DNA of 63,976 nt, filler included, from Globobulimina sp. (GCA_003354225.1; 46 parts of 46 records of this genome joined end to end with filler, not necessarily neighbours in it), one strand, 5' to 3'; positions 1-11,839 are shown, numbered from the whole stretch's first letter. Made by a program: numbers and translations. Notes: generated by a model not told the origin, from the sequence alone.

Positions 1-540
1 AGTCGATCACATAATAAATATACAATCAAAGGTTACGGACAGAGAAAAATTAAATTTCAGAAAAATATCCGAAAAAAAACAGAAAGTCAAAAGGAAATGA
101 AATAACAAAGTCATTCCTAAGACTTACTAGTGACAAACATAATAAACATAGATTTAAACATCAGATTATTCATTCAACAAAAACAAAATATTGATAACAT
201 ATAAATAAATCACTTATTAACACAAATTATTACATTATACTTAAATAAAAATTGTTTGATTTATAATATAATTTATACGTTTTATCATTTTATGTCTTAG
301 TAGAAATGCAAAATTTATTATTGCGAATATGCGCAATATCAATTTTTCAATTATTCAGCCAATTTTTATCATGATAAACAAAACTTTATTTAATGGTTTT
401 AATTCTATTAAATTTGAGTATATCCAGCTGCAATTAATAACTTAGCTGTAATCATATAAACCATTACGAATCAATCTCCACACACCACATCACACTAACA
501 ACCATTCCATAATCCTCATTATTAATTTACAACATACATT

Positions 541-755
541 GAAAGAAATGCATTAAAGTCAGAGGTTTGAGATGTTGAGAGGTTCGGAAGTTTATGCGTT
601 GAGAAGTTGAGAGGTTCAGAAGTTGAATTATTAATGAAACAAGAATCCAATTATACGATACTTTTATCCACCAACTTCCGAACATCCCAACCTCTCAACG
701 CCTAAACTTCTGAACCTCTCAACTTCTCAACCTCTGACTTAAATGCATTCCTTCC
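541..755. repeat. Foldback/MITE-like inverted repeat (~85-bp arms made of GAGAGGTT/GAGAAGTT subrepeats)
   Basis: 541-626 is the imperfect reverse complement of 671-755, with a ~44-bp spacer. Confidence 0.85.
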
Positions 756-1126
756 ATTCTTTTACACTTTAATACGAGCAATTGTATTCATATCGCCCTT
801 CTTTTCCTCATGTAGTAGCACGAATTCATCATCGCTAGGCCTACGATATGCTTTTTGTACTGCCTACGTGGTTAGCAGGCTGCATCCGCTACGTGGTTAA
901 ATGATAACATTGAATTACCACAATCATCGGTCGGCAGATATCTTTCAGACTCGGTAGAAATGAGGGATGGATGGTGTTAGGTGGGGAGTAGGAAAATTGA
1001 TTCTTAAAGTTTTGAAGAAACGTTTTGGAATGTTTTTTAAAGCCAAAAACAGCGCAAGTTTTTCCTGAACCTCCTCTCTAAAATCATTTTATTTATTTTT
1101 AATTCTTGACCCAAAATTCAAGAATT

Positions 1127-1294
1127 ATGGAAGAGTTGATAAAATTTAAACAAAATGTTGATTCAATGAGCAAAGAAGAATTTGAGTCTGTGTTGCATGG
1201 CATAAGCCACATAATTGGTAAAGATGCATTAGTATCATCATTATTTCATTATTTTAAAGAAAATATAAATCAAGAAACAACGCATGTAAAACTT
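1127..1294 (+). CDS. Hypothetical protein, N-terminal fragment
   Basis: ATG after an AT-rich leader; MEELIKFKQNVDS... open to contig end. Confidence 0.5.
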
Positions 1295-1394
1295 NNNNNN
1301 NNNNNNNNNNNNNNNNNNNNNNNNNNNNNNNNNNNNNNTTAATTAATTAANNNNNNNNNNNNNNNNNNNNNNNNNNNNNNNNNNNNNNNNNNNN
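1295..1394. other. Artificial contig spacer (first of 45 identical spacers, one every ~1393 bp; last at 62585-62684)
   Basis: N44-TTAATTAATTAA-N44 at regular spacing; flanking contigs are 1294, then 1293, then 1292 bp. Confidence 0.99.
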
Positions 1395-1453
1395 TAAAAG
1401 TTACGTATATAATATATTCGATTGCACCTTGAATCAAATTTGATTATGATTTG

Positions 1454-1689
1454 AATCCCTTCCTCTTTCAAAAAATTACGATATAACATTTTTTTAAAAA
1501 AAAATGTTATTTGACATAATCTGTTTTAATTACTGATAATCAGCCGCAAGCGGCAGATTATTGCAGTAATTAAAACAGATTATGTTTGGTATAATGTATT
1601 TTGATTACTGATAATCAGCCGCAAGCGGCTGATTATTGCAGTAATCAAAGATACATTATACTCGTAATGTTTTGAAAGAGGAAGAGATT
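1454..1689. mobile_element. TIR-bounded multi-hairpin non-autonomous element (putative)
   Basis: 28-bp inverted termini (1454-1481 and 1662-1689, 2 mismatches) enclose hairpins at 1483-1510, 1514-1585 and 1589-1661. Confidence 0.7.
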
Positions 1690-2688
1690 ACACATAATAT
1701 TGTAATTCAATGTTTGTGATTTGAATATTATTATCAGTATCAATGAGGAATAATGATTTCATGCTATCCTCCAAATGTAACTGATTTGTACTGATAAACA
1801 CATCCTTGATAGATATGATATGTTTATTTGTGGTGATTAAAATTGCGCCATCATTGATATCGAGAAAATCACAAAATTGAACGTCAAGCACAACCGTATG
1901 AATCAATTGCAAAGAGGAATGGATCAAAGAATATGATGTATAAATATCTGAAAATATGGAATTATAAATGCTAATGGCAGTCGTGTTCGAGTAAACATTA
2001 TCCACATCAATGAATATGAATGATCCTAACATATTTTCGTAGTTTACAATGTAGCTATTTTCGATATGTAGTTCCATTTCGACGCCACCCGACGATGTTA
2101 AATGAATAAATGATGTTTGGAATGTATTACAGGCATAATTTTCATTCAACGAAATGTTTTCAAAATTAGTGTCATAGATGTTTATGGCTGGCGCTCTTAT
2201 AAAATCCGGCCAAGTCACATTATCCAGCTCAAGTTGAATATTTTCAAATTTGCAATGTGATAATTTTAACAGCCAATTACCGCCGAGATGTATAATGCCC
2301 TCAACAGTGGAAGAGGTAAATGTAAAATGGTCAAAAATAAAATTATTTAAAATGATTGATTGTTTTTTTGAAGCTTTTGAGTAAACAAAAAATGTCCATT
2401 CAGTATAAAATATAAATGCATTCCGCATGTTTTGTTTGCAAATAGGAGGAAACCAATCGGTCATGGTATGGATCGTATGGTTGTCAAATGTGATTGAAAT
2501 GGATTTATTAAAGGTTAGATATAATGTGCAGGGCGTCCAACCGTTTCCGAAATAATAATTATCATTTTTAAATTGAGTAAGATATTCTGAATTAGCTGGT
2601 TTGTTGTCGTAAATCCAGTCGGCTATGTCTGCAGTATTTTGTCCAGTCACATATAAATCAATTTCATTTATATTTGTATAGTAATTAT
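1688..2688 (-). CDS. Asn/Ile/Phe-rich putative beta-helix surface protein, internal fragment
   Basis: At least 320-aa open frame with repeated IxNCxF/IxNSxF-type motifs; probably spliced at its 3' end. Confidence 0.6.
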
Positions 2689-3189
2689 NNNNNNNNNNNN
2701 NNNNNNNNNNNNNNNNNNNNNNNNNNNNNNNNTTAATTAATTAANNNNNNNNNNNNNNNNNNNNNNNNNNNNNNNNNNNNNNNNNNNNGAACATCCTTAT
2801 TTTATGGTTCAAAGTATCTCAATGTTAAGTCTTATTCAGATAAATTGATTTCCATTTGTACATTGCTTAATGCATTGGTTTGATTTTTCATGGGGATCCC
2901 ATCAAACACATCAAACAATCTAAATATGGTATTCATTTGGAAAATTATAAAATTATGAAACCCTTTATACTATTTAAAGTATTATTTTATATTTTTGTTT
3001 TCTCCCTTTTTACTTTTAGTTTCCTTTTTTTATGAATATTTTCAATCTTTGATTAGGTTACAATAATTATGTGCCATTATATGTGTATTCTATACCATAT
3101 TTAATAAATCCCGTGTGTGATTGTAGTGGCGTGAGTCTTTGATTGTAAGTAATTAAATTAAAATGTCCTTGCTATGGCCCCCTATAGGC

Positions 3190-3372
3190 TTAGTACATCG
3201 AAAAATTAAACATAGCACCAAAATCAAACTCTGTGGCATCCTCCCAACTGTATTCATGTCTGTTTCCTATGTCATTGAGTCCTATCCAGCAACCGGCGAT
3301 ATTGTATAATCGCGCTTCTTCCATATCGCGAGAGTTGTGGATGGAAGCGAGTGACGTACCGAATCTGTACAA
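3190..3372 (-). CDS. C-type lectin domain exon, possibly pseudogenic
   Basis: LASIH...CWIGLND...YSWED motifs of the CTLD. Confidence 0.7.
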   Translation of the reverse strand: MYRFGTSLASIHNSRDMEEARLYNIAGCWIGLNDIGNRHEYSWEDATEFDFGAMFNFSMY

Positions 3373-3689
3373 AATATAGAAAACGGAAAACAGACTAGAT
3401 TGCTATCCTATACTATCCTATACTATCCTATACATATTTTCTATGTCTATTTTCTGTGCACTTACTTATGTTCTTTGTGTATTATTTTCTGTCCTCCACG
3501 TCGCTGTTTCCCACGTCCTTTCCTACGTTTTTTCATCCATATTATGTCCTTCACCTTTTATGAATGTCCATGTTTTATGAATGTCCATCCTCAAATTAAT
3601 CCCATACTGTCAACAATATTATTTACATTCATCCAATCCAATAACTTTATTTACCATTTCCAATCACTTTCATATCATTTGTTGGATTA

Positions 3690-3797
3690 TTTTGTTGTGC
3701 TTATTCTGTCATTTGTTTTTGTTGTGCTTATTCTGTCATTTGTTTTTGTTTGTATTTGTTGTATTATTCTGTCATTTGTTTTTGTTTGTATTTGTTT
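3690..3797. repeat. Short tandem repeat with core TTATTCTGTCATTTGTTTTTGTT (3 copies)
   Basis: Direct repeats visible in the sequence. Confidence 0.8.
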
Positions 3798-4382
3798 CGA
3801 CATACCTTGCAGACATGGTCATGAGTGATGACCAAATGTGTAAATGTTTGTTTTTTTCAAGCAGAAAACACAAATAAGCTCGATTCAAGTAAGAAATCAT
3901 GGCACAATCAAGGCCAAGAAAGTCGATCGACCAAAGCTAATGTAAAGGGATGTAATGGTATTAGAACATCCTTATTTTATGGTTCAAAGTATCTCAATGT
4001 TAAGTCTTATTCAGATAAATTGATTTCCATTTGTACATTGCTTAATGCATTGGTTTGATTTTTCATGGGGATCCCATCAAACNNNNNNNNNNNNNNNNNN
4101 NNNNNNNNNNNNNNNNNNNNNNNNNNTTAATTAATTAANNNNNNNNNNNNNNNNNNNNNNNNNNNNNNNNNNNNNNNNNNNNTCGAAGTTGACCTAGTAT
4201 TGGATGACCTAGGTCAACTTCGAATACTAGGTTGAAAACCACTCTAGCTAACCAAAAACTTTACTAATCGTTGAAATGAAATGAAACGAAACTAAGCCAA
4301 AAAAGTTAAATATATAAGTAAAAGAGAAAAAAATGAAGAAAATATTGAACTACAACACCATTACATGTGCATACGAAAGAAA

Positions 4383-5476
4383 TCAAAAATATTCACACCA
4401 TTTATACAACGATGGATCATTATTTATATAAGTTTCATTTTTTTTCGTAGTCCTATCATCATCGGAATCGACATCGTCAAAATGCGAGTCATCTTCGTCA
4501 TTCTCAATATCCGGAATATACGGCGGACGAAACCTCTGTGCTTTCAATGCATTCCATTTCATTTTCCCTTTGAACCATGAATGTTGATAGATATCCTCGA
4601 CACCTTTCCTTTTATTAGCAGTAGTCCCTAACCTTTGGTATGGGTTTTTCACCAATAAATTACTAATCAAATCATTCAATTCCACATTATTGGATTGTAA
4701 TTTTGGTACTTTTCCTCGTAGTATCTGTTCATACGAAGCCTTTTCAAATAACAAGCAAAGAAATCAGGCAAAATGCAAGCAAACTATAGAACATTTATGG
4801 AAACATACAAATGGTGTCTTGCCATTAATCATTTCAAATGCGAGTATGCCCAATCCCCAAAAACTAAAAATATTGCAAACTAAACATATATCGAAAATAT
4901 TAACTAAAAATATTACAAACTCGAGTTCAAAGCCTTGCCAATAGTTTTGGATCACTTCGGGTGCCAAATATTCCGGCGTCCCGCATAAAGTCACTGTGTT
5001 ATTTCGCATTTTCGAAAGTCCAAAGTCAACCAATACGCAATAGCCATTACTTTGTAACATAATATTCTCCGGTTTTACTTTAGTAAATACGCAAACATTA
5101 CAATACATTGGTTGCCATATACAGATGAGATAATACATACTGTCTCTATAAATAATATTATGTGAATGTAAATGATCAAATGCCACCACAATGCAGGACA
5201 GATAAAATCGCGTCACTTTTTCACTGAATTTCTTGTTATGTCGCAACAATGTAAATAGTTCGCCGCCTAACAACGGCTCCATTAGAAAGTATAAATAAAA
5301 TGGATCCTGATATAATCCGTACAACTTACAACAGAAAGTGTTTTGTTTTCTGTTTTTTTTGTCTTTTTTTTTATGATTTATCAAGGCCATAACTGAGCGC
5401 TCATTCATAATATGTTTTTGTTGCCCATTTTTAATCACATTGTTTTTCGCAATTTTCTTGAGAGAATATGTTTTGT
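4383..5476 (-). CDS. AGC kinase, PKG/PKA-like, 5'-truncated, 3 introns (5078-5140, 4864-4920, 4740-4808)
   Basis: After GT-AG splicing: YRDIKPEN, DFG, TLCGTPEYLAPE, DFWGLGIL, and an AGC C-tail PPYIP...DDSHFD. Confidence 0.92.
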
Positions 5477-5642
5477 NNNNNNNNNNNNNNNNNNNNNNNN
5501 NNNNNNNNNNNNNNNNNNNNTTAATTAATTAANNNNNNNNNNNNNNNNNNNNNNNNNNNNNNNNNNNNNNNNNNNNTTTATTCAAAATTGTAATCTGATC
5601 AAAGTTTTGAAAAAAAAACTTTGTTAGCATTGTCGCGTCAGT

Positions 5643-6870
5643 ATGGCAGATAGAAAAGAGCAATACTTTCAAGCAAGAGACATATACATAGTGGAGGTGG
5701 GAATAATAAAAGCCGTTGAATTACCAAAGGCAGATACATTCGGTAAATCCGACGGTTATGTTAAAGTGGAATGTTTGCATCGCCAATTCAGAACAAAGAC
5801 AGTTAAAAAAACTTTAAACCCAGAATGGAACGCAAAAACACAATTTCAATTCTTTACACAACCAAAACAAGTCAAATTTCGTGTAATTGATTGGAACCAG
5901 CCACCACAAAAAGATTCCCCTTTAGGTGATTATATTTTGCCTCTCAAACCTGCCTATTTTCAAAATGGCAATCCCGGCTTTGCCGATTTGGTACAAATGC
6001 AACATTGCAAACGGGGACAGATCGAAATCACGGTCAAATGTCGCAAATTAGAGCCCATTGCGGCGCTCGATATAATAAAGGACTGTTCCGAGAGAATCAT
6101 AACTGCCAAAACCGACATGGCAAAGTGCAAAGAGAGTATTTCAAACTGCTATGCCGAGCACGACAAAGAACAACAAGCCATTGCCGCCTATCAAGAAAAA
6201 TGCGACGAGCTCGCCTCGCAATGCGATTATTACAAAAAAGAGCAGAATAAATCTGAAAACGAAGGTGTGTTTTTATGCGATTTTGCGTATGAAAATACAT
6301 ATAAATGATACAACCCATAGTTAAGCAATGCGACTCAGAGATAGCTAGATTAGAGCAGCAATGTCATGCTTTGGAGCAACAATATAAATCCCTGCAATCC
6401 AGCTATGCGCAGGAAGAGAATCAACGAAGTGAAACAGTGGCACAATACAAGCAAACTCAGGAGAAATATCAGCAACAATACGCTGCCAAACAGCAACAAG
6501 AACAGCAGCTACAACAACTACAAGAACAGCAAGAATACGCCAAACAGCAACAATACGCTGCGCAAGAAGAGGAATATGGCGATGAAGAGGCCGACGCGGA
6601 ACCGGAAGAAGAAGAGTCCACCAAAGCCACATTAATACGGCGAATGGACGCATATCGCGTCAATATAAGCAAATATATCGGCGTTGAGGACGAGGATGAG
6701 ATTGAGGAATATGATGAGAATTTGTGTAGAGATGTTCTCGTCGCGTATAAGGAAAAAAAAGACACCGCGGATAACTATGATGGCGACGAGAAGGAAGAGG
6801 AAGAATATGGCGATTATAGCGAGGCCAATCAATATTTAATCTTAGTGCAAAAGTGGAGCAGTGGCTGCAC
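5643..6870 (+). CDS. C2-domain protein with coiled-coil and Q/E-rich region, intron 6265-6320, 3'-truncated
   Basis: ADTFGKSDGYV, KKTLNPEWN and VIDWN C2 motifs; the splice joins ORFs 5643 and 6305 in frame. Confidence 0.85.
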
Positions 6871-6970
6871 NNNNNNNNNNNNNNNNNNNNNNNNNNNNNN
6901 NNNNNNNNNNNNNNTTAATTAATTAANNNNNNNNNNNNNNNNNNNNNNNNNNNNNNNNNNNNNNNNNNNN

Positions 6971-7939
6971 AATAAGAATATGACGTTGTAAAATTAAATG
7001 TCGTTGAATTTGGTGTATATTCACATGCGCCATTTGAGATGTTTATAGAATATGTATCCCCTCCCATACATGTAACAGTCGGCGCGTTGAAACTTGTAAC
7101 GTCATCAAAAGAACCAGTAAATGACGCATCCAAAAATATTTTTGCCGTCGGGTATGACTCGTTTTTTTGAAAAGACCATATTGGTTCATCATGGTTTTTT
7201 TCCCAAGACCAAAATCTGTTGACATGAAAAAAATGGTTTGGACCTTTATAATTTGGAAATCCATAAAAATGTCCAATATTACTGTACTCACCCGATATAA
7301 CACCAGTCTCCTCCTGAATACACACAACTTTTGCTGATTAATATTAATTTGTTTGATATTGTCAGATTGGTCGAATATTAACACACAACAAGTATACATA
7401 CGTAAATCACATCTTTGAGTCATCCCTCTTGAGCCAGTTGAGTGGCCTGCATAGGAAAAAAGACATAAATTATACCCAACTGATATACATCCACCGGTGT
7501 TTAAATCAACTGATATACAGCCACAGAGAGAAATTGTATCCACATCCACATGGCAGCCACAAGACCCCCAATACCAACAATCGTCGACATATGCATCAGG
7601 ACAGCCTGTATTAGTCATACACCCTCCATCACAAGTTCTTGCCTCAGAATAAGCCATATTTTGACCACTGTCACACGTTTGAGCATGTTTACAGACGCAT
7701 GCTGTCTCTGCTGTTATGTTATTAGGAGCCGGTCCATCCCACAAAGCACTGTATTCAATGCTTGAAGAAGCACAACATGCGTCTTCATCAATTATTCCGA
7801 AATTGTCAATGAAATACTGATAATCAGCATATTGGGAAAATACTGGTAATGGACATGTTTTTCCATAACAGCACGTGTATTCATCACTTAATACCACTGG
7901 AATTAATACAGAGATTGCAATTGTGAACATTATTATCAT
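6971..7939 (-). CDS. Secreted cysteine-rich protein, intron 7328-7401, 3'-truncated
   Basis: Hydrophobic signal peptide MIIMFTIAISVLIPVVLS; many Cys; the splice joins the two minus-strand ORFs. Confidence 0.7.
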
Positions 7940-8060
7940 CTTTGTGACCTTGTTTTTTGATATCTTTTCAAATTTGAAAATGCTGCAGCCTTGAGTGTGA
8001 GCCAAAAAAGAGAGTATAGTTTTTGCATAAAGCTTTTAATTTGCGTAAATAAATAGTAGC

Positions 8061-8264
8061 ATGTCTCTTTTGGTTCAACTTGTTACATTTATGCTAATAT
8101 GTTGTACCTTAGGATCAGATATTGATTGTTCTGCATTTTCACCAGAATGTAATTGTAAGCCGAGACCAATTAGCACATCGCAGCAATGTCAATATGTTGA
8201 TTGTTGTTGTAATAATATAATAGGAGATGGAATGATACCATACTTTCATTTTATATATTGTTAT
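8061..8264 (+). CDS. Secreted cysteine-rich protein, N-terminal fragment
   Basis: Signal peptide followed by Cys-rich sequence; divergent from the previous gene. Confidence 0.55.
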
Positions 8265-8364
8265 NNNNNNNNNNNNNNNNNNNNNNNNNNNNNNNNNNNN
8301 NNNNNNNNTTAATTAATTAANNNNNNNNNNNNNNNNNNNNNNNNNNNNNNNNNNNNNNNNNNNN

Positions 8365-8560
8365 ATATTTCTCTTCCCTGAAGCTTTTTCTTATCCCAAT
8401 TTCCAGATTTTAAGGATGAAGTTCCTTGAGGAATATTGCGTGTCAGTGCCATCATCATTGAAATCGCATGTTCGGCCGTAGTTACGACATTCCCCCCCGG
8501 TGTATTCATAACAGCGACTCCACACTTGGTTGCTTCCGGGATATCCACATTATCCAATCC
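8365..8560 (-). CDS. serA: Bacterial D-3-phosphoglycerate dehydrogenase, internal fragment at a chimeric junction
   Basis: GLDNVDIPEATKCGVAVMNTPGGNVVTTAEHAISMMMALTRNIPQ...GNWDKKKLQGREI. Confidence 0.9.
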
Positions 8561-8562
8561 GA

Positions 8563-9658
8563 ATGATCCAATGGAATTAATTTTGGTGTTCCATAATTTG
8601 AAAATTGTTGAGAATCTATACTCCACCAACTCGGATATTCAATTTTCTTCAACGTCGCAATTTTTGCCATGGTTCTTCTTCCCCAACGGCACAATTTGCT
8701 GCCTGTATTTATTTGTAATACAAACTCTTTTGAATGTTTTTTGATTTTATATTCATGTCCATTTTCATAGCACTGATATATGTAACTTTGGTCAATTTGT
8801 AATTTTTCCAATTCTTTACTAATTTGGTAGTTATATGGAATCCATTCATCATCATTCTGTTGCCATTCCCATGTTACTTTACAACTCATTGCCTCTTCTT
8901 TCCTCTCATCTTCATTCATTTTTTCCTCCATATTTGCTTTTTGTATTCTTAACCGTTCATTTTCTGATTGCATTAATTTTGCTTCTTTCAATGCAGCACG
9001 TTTTTCGCTTTCCAACCTTTCAATTTTTAATAATAATTGCTTTGCGTTTGGATAATTATAACATGGAACATCAGCACTTGATACATCTTTTAATTCATCA
9101 CAGCGGAATAAGGATATTTCGGAAAAAGGACCATGTTTTCTTGATGAATTACTCTGAGTTATAATAATTGTGTCAGTTCGGAATAAAGGCAGCATACTCA
9201 AACTAAACTGAAATAGATTTGGCAGAGGTTTCAAATGCAAATACTTCACAAGTATCTGAGTGGATATTGTTGTTTTGGTGCTGTAATACGGAGCGAATAT
9301 GGAATTTATAATTTGTGGCTGGATGTAAGCCGGATAGTTTTATTTGATATCTTTCATCGGAACTGACTGTCGGATTACATTTAGTGACTGCTAATGTATG
9401 TGGTGACATTTGAGTGATTTCAAAGGATAACGAAGAGACTTGTGAGCGGGCTAATTTATGTGTAGCTAATCTCCATTCAAATACCACTGTGGAAGCGCCA
9501 ATATTTGTCACTCGAACTGCCACTGGATGTGGGATTTTTTTATCTGAAAAGGTTAAGCGAATTCTGATGGGTATTTTGGTTCGTTGTTCACCGACTGAGT
9601 TATCTGAATAATATGAATAATCAAAGTCAGCATTCATTGCTGCATATTCTTATTCGAT
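8563..9658 (-). CDS. Eukaryotic FN3 + coiled-coil + WWE-domain protein fragment (PARP-family-like architecture), intron 9154-9208
   Basis: FN3 motifs VFEW and LSGLHPATNYKFHI; WWE motif WEWQQNDDEWIPY; GT-AG intron joins the ORFs. Confidence 0.7.
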
Positions 9659-9758
9659 NNNNNNNNNNNNNNNNNNNNNNNNNNNNNNNNNNNNNNNNNN
9701 NNTTAATTAATTAANNNNNNNNNNNNNNNNNNNNNNNNNNNNNNNNNNNNNNNNNNNN

Positions 9759-10427
9759 ATTGTTGGCTGCGATGATGGGTTATTACGCTTTTTTGAATTG
9801 CAAAGAGATAAAATTATTTTAGATGTAAAGACTTCCAATGATAGTATAACATCAATAGTACGTTCTTCACAAATGAAAGATTATAAATTATTTACAAGTG
9901 ATAAATCTGGAAATATTTGTTGCTGGTTATTACCAAATGAATATTCATCCAACAAACACTTTTTTTGTAAATGTTTATATCGAATTAAAAATTATGACAA
10001 TATAAAAAAAATAGAGATCTCTACATTTTGTGTAAAAATATGTGGCAATTATATAATAAGTGGAGATGCCAAAGGATTAATTAAAATATGGTCTCTTCGT
10101 CCAATGCAAAATGAAAATGAAAATGCAATATTTAATTTAACTCAACCAAACAAAAAATACGAATGTAAATTGGTGAACACAATTTGTGCAGCAACAGATT
10201 GGATTAATAATGTTCATATTGTAACAGATGAAAACAATATTTCGTGTATTATTTCAGCATCATTTGATGGAAAACTATTTGCATGGAAATTAAATGGTGA
10301 ATGTGTTGGTGAGTTAATATATCTTAAAAAACCAAAAATACGATGGAAATTACAAATTGATATCAATAAAAAACGAAATAAACAGTTAAAATATGCATAT
10401 CAATTATTTAAAAGGATGCAATTGTAA
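9759..10427 (+). CDS. WD40-repeat protein, C-terminal fragment
   Basis: IISGDAKGLIKIW and IISASFDGKLFAW repeats. Confidence 0.8.
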   Translation: MVGCDDGLLRFFELQRDKIILDVKTSNDSITSIVRSSQMKDYKLFTSDKSGNICCWLLPNEYSSNKHFFCKCLYRIKNYDNIKKIEISTFCVKICGNYIISGDAKGLIKIWSLRPMQNENENAIFNLTQPNKKYECKLVNTICAATDWINNVHIVTDENNISCIISASFDGKLFAWKLNGECVGELIYLKKPKIRWKLQIDINKKRNKQLKYAYQLFKRMQL

Positions 10428-10619
10428 CGAAAAAAAATTCAGTTGTATTATGATTATTTAATAATTGTTGATGTTTGGTATTGAAAAGGAACGTGTTTAC
10501 TTGCCCTATAAATTTACTCATACAAATAACTGAAATAAGGAACTTATTACCACCAAAAGTTCCCCATGTTACATTGCCAGATGATACATTGCCAAATATT
10601 AGCTACCTCCATAAATTGA

Positions 10620-11052
10620 ATGGCAGCAGCAATAAGCAGCGAATCTAAAAATGGAACTATACTGCTTTTGCGTCATTCAGAACGTCAAGACAGCAGACCA
10701 TCAGAACAAGTCATTTGGAGCAAAGAAGAATATTATTTTCGACCATATGATTCACCAATTTCAAATTACAAATTACCAATACAAACGATGAAAGAAATAT
10801 GTTGTGTATTACCTTTGTTCAAACCCACACAGATTGTTTCATCTCCATTTCTTCGATGTGTCCAAACTGCAGCTTTGGTCTCATCTTATTTCAAGACAGA
10901 AACATTTATTATTGATGCCAGATTGGGAGAGGATCAGAAATCAATCAATCGATGTATTTCAGCTGCTATTCATCAACTAAGTGAACAAAAAGATAATGAA
11001 AACGAATTTAAAGTCCCTTGCAAGAACTATAGGGATGTAACTTATATGGAAT
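10620..11052 (+). CDS. Histidine phosphatase (phosphoglycerate mutase family), N-terminal fragment
   Basis: LLRHSER (RHG-type motif), SSPFLRCVQTA, LGE. Confidence 0.85.
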
Positions 11053-11152
11053 NNNNNNNNNNNNNNNNNNNNNNNNNNNNNNNNNNNNNNNNNNNNTTAA
11101 TTAATTAANNNNNNNNNNNNNNNNNNNNNNNNNNNNNNNNNNNNNNNNNNNN

Positions 11153-11600
11153 TATGTCCATAGATATTATCAGTTATTATGAACAAAGAAGCCAAAATTA
11201 TCCACCATGTTGTTAATATAATACGCGATATTGATTTCTGTTGTTGTTTGCAGGCAAACTCCGTATTTTGAAAGACTACAAATAATCTCTCCAAAAATAA
11301 AAAATATAATGATACATGCGACGATGTAAAAGATATGCCAAGAACCGCCATCATGACTGGACAATATAGCATGGATTTGGGGATAAGTTGATATACATTT
11401 ATGGCTGTGAGTAACATGAACATTATCATCCAAAACATGGATGATAATGAAATCCATTTGACATAAGAGCCTTTGGCTAATATCGTTCGACTGCATGGAT
11501 AACAATGATATATAAAAATTATTACGTTATGTATCAATGCAACAGCTACAACGCAATGTGTTAATGTTTGGCCAAACTTAGTCTCACCCACTGTTGACAT
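11153..11600 (-). CDS. GPCR-like multi-pass membrane protein, N-terminal fragment
   Basis: Four hydrophobic helices; C at the start of TM3 and FLERL (DRY-like) at its end. Confidence 0.65.
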
Positions 11601-11839
11601 GTTAAAGTAAGGTTGTTTTTTTTTAAGTATAGTTTAATGCTGTCCATTATTATACAATAATTATAAGATTCCATTATTTGATACAGTCATTTACGTATTA
11701 AATACAACAGCAGCTGATTAATTTGGATCGATTCTGTGATTATGAGTATATTATTGTTATTTTATACAATTTATTATACAAACTCACTATAAATAAATTG
11801 AGCTAAACTAAAAATTCGACATTCATACCATAATTAAGC

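Larger units (their letters stand above)
2789..4082. repeat. Contig with an exact 119-bp terminal direct repeat (1175-bp circular or tandem unit)
   Basis: 2789-2907 is identical to 3964-4082. Confidence 0.92.

Noticed and set aside
1339..1350. Regularly spaced TTAATTAATTAA palindrome as a biological repeat or CRISPR-like array
   Set aside because: Always embedded in N runs of fixed length; it is a synthetic six-frame-stop linker.
4183..4222. 15-bp inverted repeat TCGAAGTTGACCTAG at a contig start
   Set aside because: Truncated by the contig edge; too little context to interpret.
6345..6832. Minus-strand Cys/Ser-rich ORFs
   Set aside because: Antisense shadows of the Q/E-rich plus-strand gene; the same applies to most short overlapping ORFs in the track.
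6915..6970. ORFs ending in X-runs or LIN, and any operon-like adjacency across spacers
   Set aside because: These result from translating through the linker; adjacent contigs are unrelated.
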